The notes under the pieces were generated by a model. That model was not told the DNA's origin, did not search any database, and saw only the letters and a program-made list of their open reading frames with translations. Of a DNA stretch of 64,000 bases, positions 61,397 through 64,000 are shown one piece after another (position 1 is the first letter of the stretch; each line of letters opens with the position of its first letter). Both the position numbers and the translations under genes were made by a program. Source of the stretch: Psilocybe cubensis. Taxonomy: Eukaryota. The stretch is from NCBI GenBank assembly GCA_017499595.2, contig CM039009.1:2294001-2358000 (forward strand). The letters are read 5' to 3'.

Positions 61397-62358
61397 ATAT
61401 AGCTTACATGGCTGCTGCGCCTACGAATTTGAAAGAAATTTTAAGTATATTTCGGTCCAAAACATTTTCTATGTACCCGTTGGAAGGGTCTGGTTAATGT
61501 TTTGAGGTAAAGAGTATGAACAATGCAGAGTGATTTTTCAAAGCTGGGACTTTTTGCCCTGAAAATGTAAACCTGTTCATTAGAGATCACAATATAAGAG
61601 ATTCCTTTTACTCGTTTTGAGAGCTTTCGGACGCAAAGTTCTGTACAACAAACCGAACACCATCATGGAAGTGGCCTGGTCATAGGTGTCTACTGTGCGC
61701 TTGAGAACGCAGTTCTTGTAACTGTAAGTGGGCACAGCCAGCGTATGGCAAATACGTGCCCCATGGCTGCCTGTTTCAAGTTATTTTCATTTGATTGGTT
61801 TGGCTTATATCTACGCACTTCGCACTTCGACGTCCCAGTTTATAACTTGACATTGGAAGTCTTGTATCGGAACGGAATTGCGCTTCCATGAGGCTAAATA
61901 TTTGTTGATGTCTGGGCCTCGCCCTATTGGTAGGCTTGGACCCAGCCGTTTCTGACTCATCACTTTTTCGAAGTCCGAATAAGGTTTCGTTGGAAAAGTC
62001 ACTCAGTCATTTGGAGGTCCGGTTAGAATCCGCGTGATGTTTGCCGTCCAAATACGACCACCAAAACTGCATCAGTAGGACTAAGAGAGTGGCTTAGACA
62101 CACCGTCACAGAGGGCCTAGCGAGTCCATGGCTTTCCCCAAGCGAGCATTAAATTCGGAGCTTGAATTCATGACTGCCAACTGGGCTGCGCAGCATACAT
62201 CAACAAACATAAATTGAACAAAGCGGAGGCGCTTAGGAACCACTCGTGATGGTGGTGGTAATCAATTTAGCTTATAAACCATTTAAAAACCCCTATTACT
62301 AGAAATCATCGAGACCGGATATCATGCAAACAGGTCTACACTTCCTCGCAATATTTGG

Positions 62359-63644
62359 CTACGCCAGGTCCTGTTTATCATTATCTCCGTTTTCACCACT
62401 AGAGTCACGATTACTGAATGTCAGGTAAAGCTCGGAGTTGAAGTTCCGCTCCCCCATTGTAGAACCGTTAGATTTGTGGAACTCTAGTTGTGACAACTTG
62501 GGCAATATGGATCGGGAATGCTCTTCCTGAGATGATGCCTCAGCCACACGGGCTGCCATAACTGTGGGAGCTATACCCTTGGTATGATTTAGGATAAAAA
62601 TGTCACGAATGGAAAATGTAGGAAATAACTAACCGCAGCCGGGGCCAATAAGGCAGACGAATAATTTGCCAATGCAAATACCGCAGTAGTTGGCCAGCTG
62701 TCTCCGTCAGGAATGGCACCGGAAACTGCAGCCACCAGGAGAACTGCTGAGTATACCGCTGCTGACTGAATTATGATTTCGAGGATGTGCAAGAATCGCT
62801 TTCGAGTACCATTGATATTTCGCGAGGATGCGTATATTTGGTATGCGATGAGACCTGTCGTTGATACACTCGTCGCAAATGACATAAAAAACGTAGCGGA
62901 CTGAATATCGTTTGAGATGTTAATTTTGTTTTGAGTTGCATCCGAGTCGACGACCAAAAAGTAAACTATTGAAGCAGTAACCAAACCTAATAATAACACC
63001 GAGTTATACTGAGAAAAGATCACTTTGCTGCACTCCTTACCAATTTCAAGACTCAGTAATAATAATGGCAATGCAATGACCCGCCAGCGTCCACCATATA
63101 CATGAAAGCATCTCCATATCTAGCCGACTTATGAGCTCGAAATGGAACATTGATTTTTGACAGTCACTTACCAGCAACCCGTCTGCCACTATATACATTG
63201 CATACGACGTTACATTAAGGGCGACGTGGGTCCATATGGGGATTTGAAACAGCTCAACATACGCGGTGCGAAGATTGCTGTTAGTTTGAGGAAGGCTGAC
63301 ATTGCCAATGTACAACTGAACAACGAACTGAACAGCCGCTATTAAAAAAAGGACGGTGATTGCTCCCAGAACAATTAACCGCTGTGGAGCCTGTTTCCGT
63401 ATTACTGGATAAGACAGAGAATTGACAAATGATTTTTGCTAAAGGCTGAATGTATGACTTACAATAAAGGTGAAACGTATGTATGTATACAACAGCATAG
63501 CTTCCTATATATTAGTTAAGCAACGTGTTTTTTTAGTTTTAGGGAAGTATAACTTTACATACCCATCAAAAAGGTGAATATTATGGAAGAGTTGGTAGAG
63601 GAGCGTATCTCAGACAATTGAACGGAGGCGGAGGGGAGCGACAT
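62359..63644 (-). CDS. Hypothetical multi-pass (about 7-TM) membrane protein typical of agaricomycetes, multi-exon
   Basis: IVADGLLIWRCFHVY, FMSFATSVSTTGLIAYQI, ILEIIIQSAAVYS, GIAPTVMAARV motifs; hydrophobic segments separated by GT-AG introns. Confidence 0.78.
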
Positions 63645-64000
63645 ACCGGATGTCGACTTTACGCGATGGAAAGCACGTTTGCACAGATGTCGAGGAAAGA
63701 AACTTATATAATGAAAGAGCTCTGGATGGTGAGAAGTACAAGATTAAATTAGATGGTTCATCTTTGCGCGCAAAATACAAGTTTGACACTGACTTGACTT
63801 AAGGCATGCGTGTGAGATAGATAGATAGGATACGCACTTGGGGAAACAAGGGATTCACACCGTGTGTATTACTCTATCCTAATGTTTTGTTGGGCAGGAT
63901 TTATGAGGTACGAGATAGGTACTTCTTTCGTCATGTCAGTTGAAAGCGGAACTTTGTAAACAATCAATCTATGTGCATGAACGGCGTTCCAAAGAAATGA

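Overview
Intron-rich eukaryotic DNA from a mushroom-forming basidiomycete (Agaricomycetes; short ~50-60 nt GT-AG introns). Host genes: two tandem GH16 beta-glucanases, a cyclophilin with an N-terminal presequence, a TmpA-like membrane flavoprotein, an S9 peptidase, an OPT oligopeptide transporter, two MFS transporters (one disrupted), an intron-containing tRNA-Gly(GCC), several hypothetical proteins, and a small 3-exon stand-alone dsRNA-binding-domain gene missed by the ORF track. The main accessory feature is an apparently complete ~12.35 kb KDZ (Kyakuja-Dileera-Zisupton) DNA transposon (~49.0-61.4 kb) with ~340 bp imperfect terminal inverted repeats. It encodes a CxC2-KDZ transposase, a TET/JBP-family dioxygenase with intact catalytic motifs, an HMG-box-like protein and two further genes. 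A second, 2.28 kb TIR element carrying decayed PHD-finger and Tudor/SH3-like coding sequence is inserted at the centre of a GAAATTTC site within an MFS exon (target signature like Spy or ISL2EU). Exon boundaries were traced by eye and family calls rest on motif recognition, not database searches.
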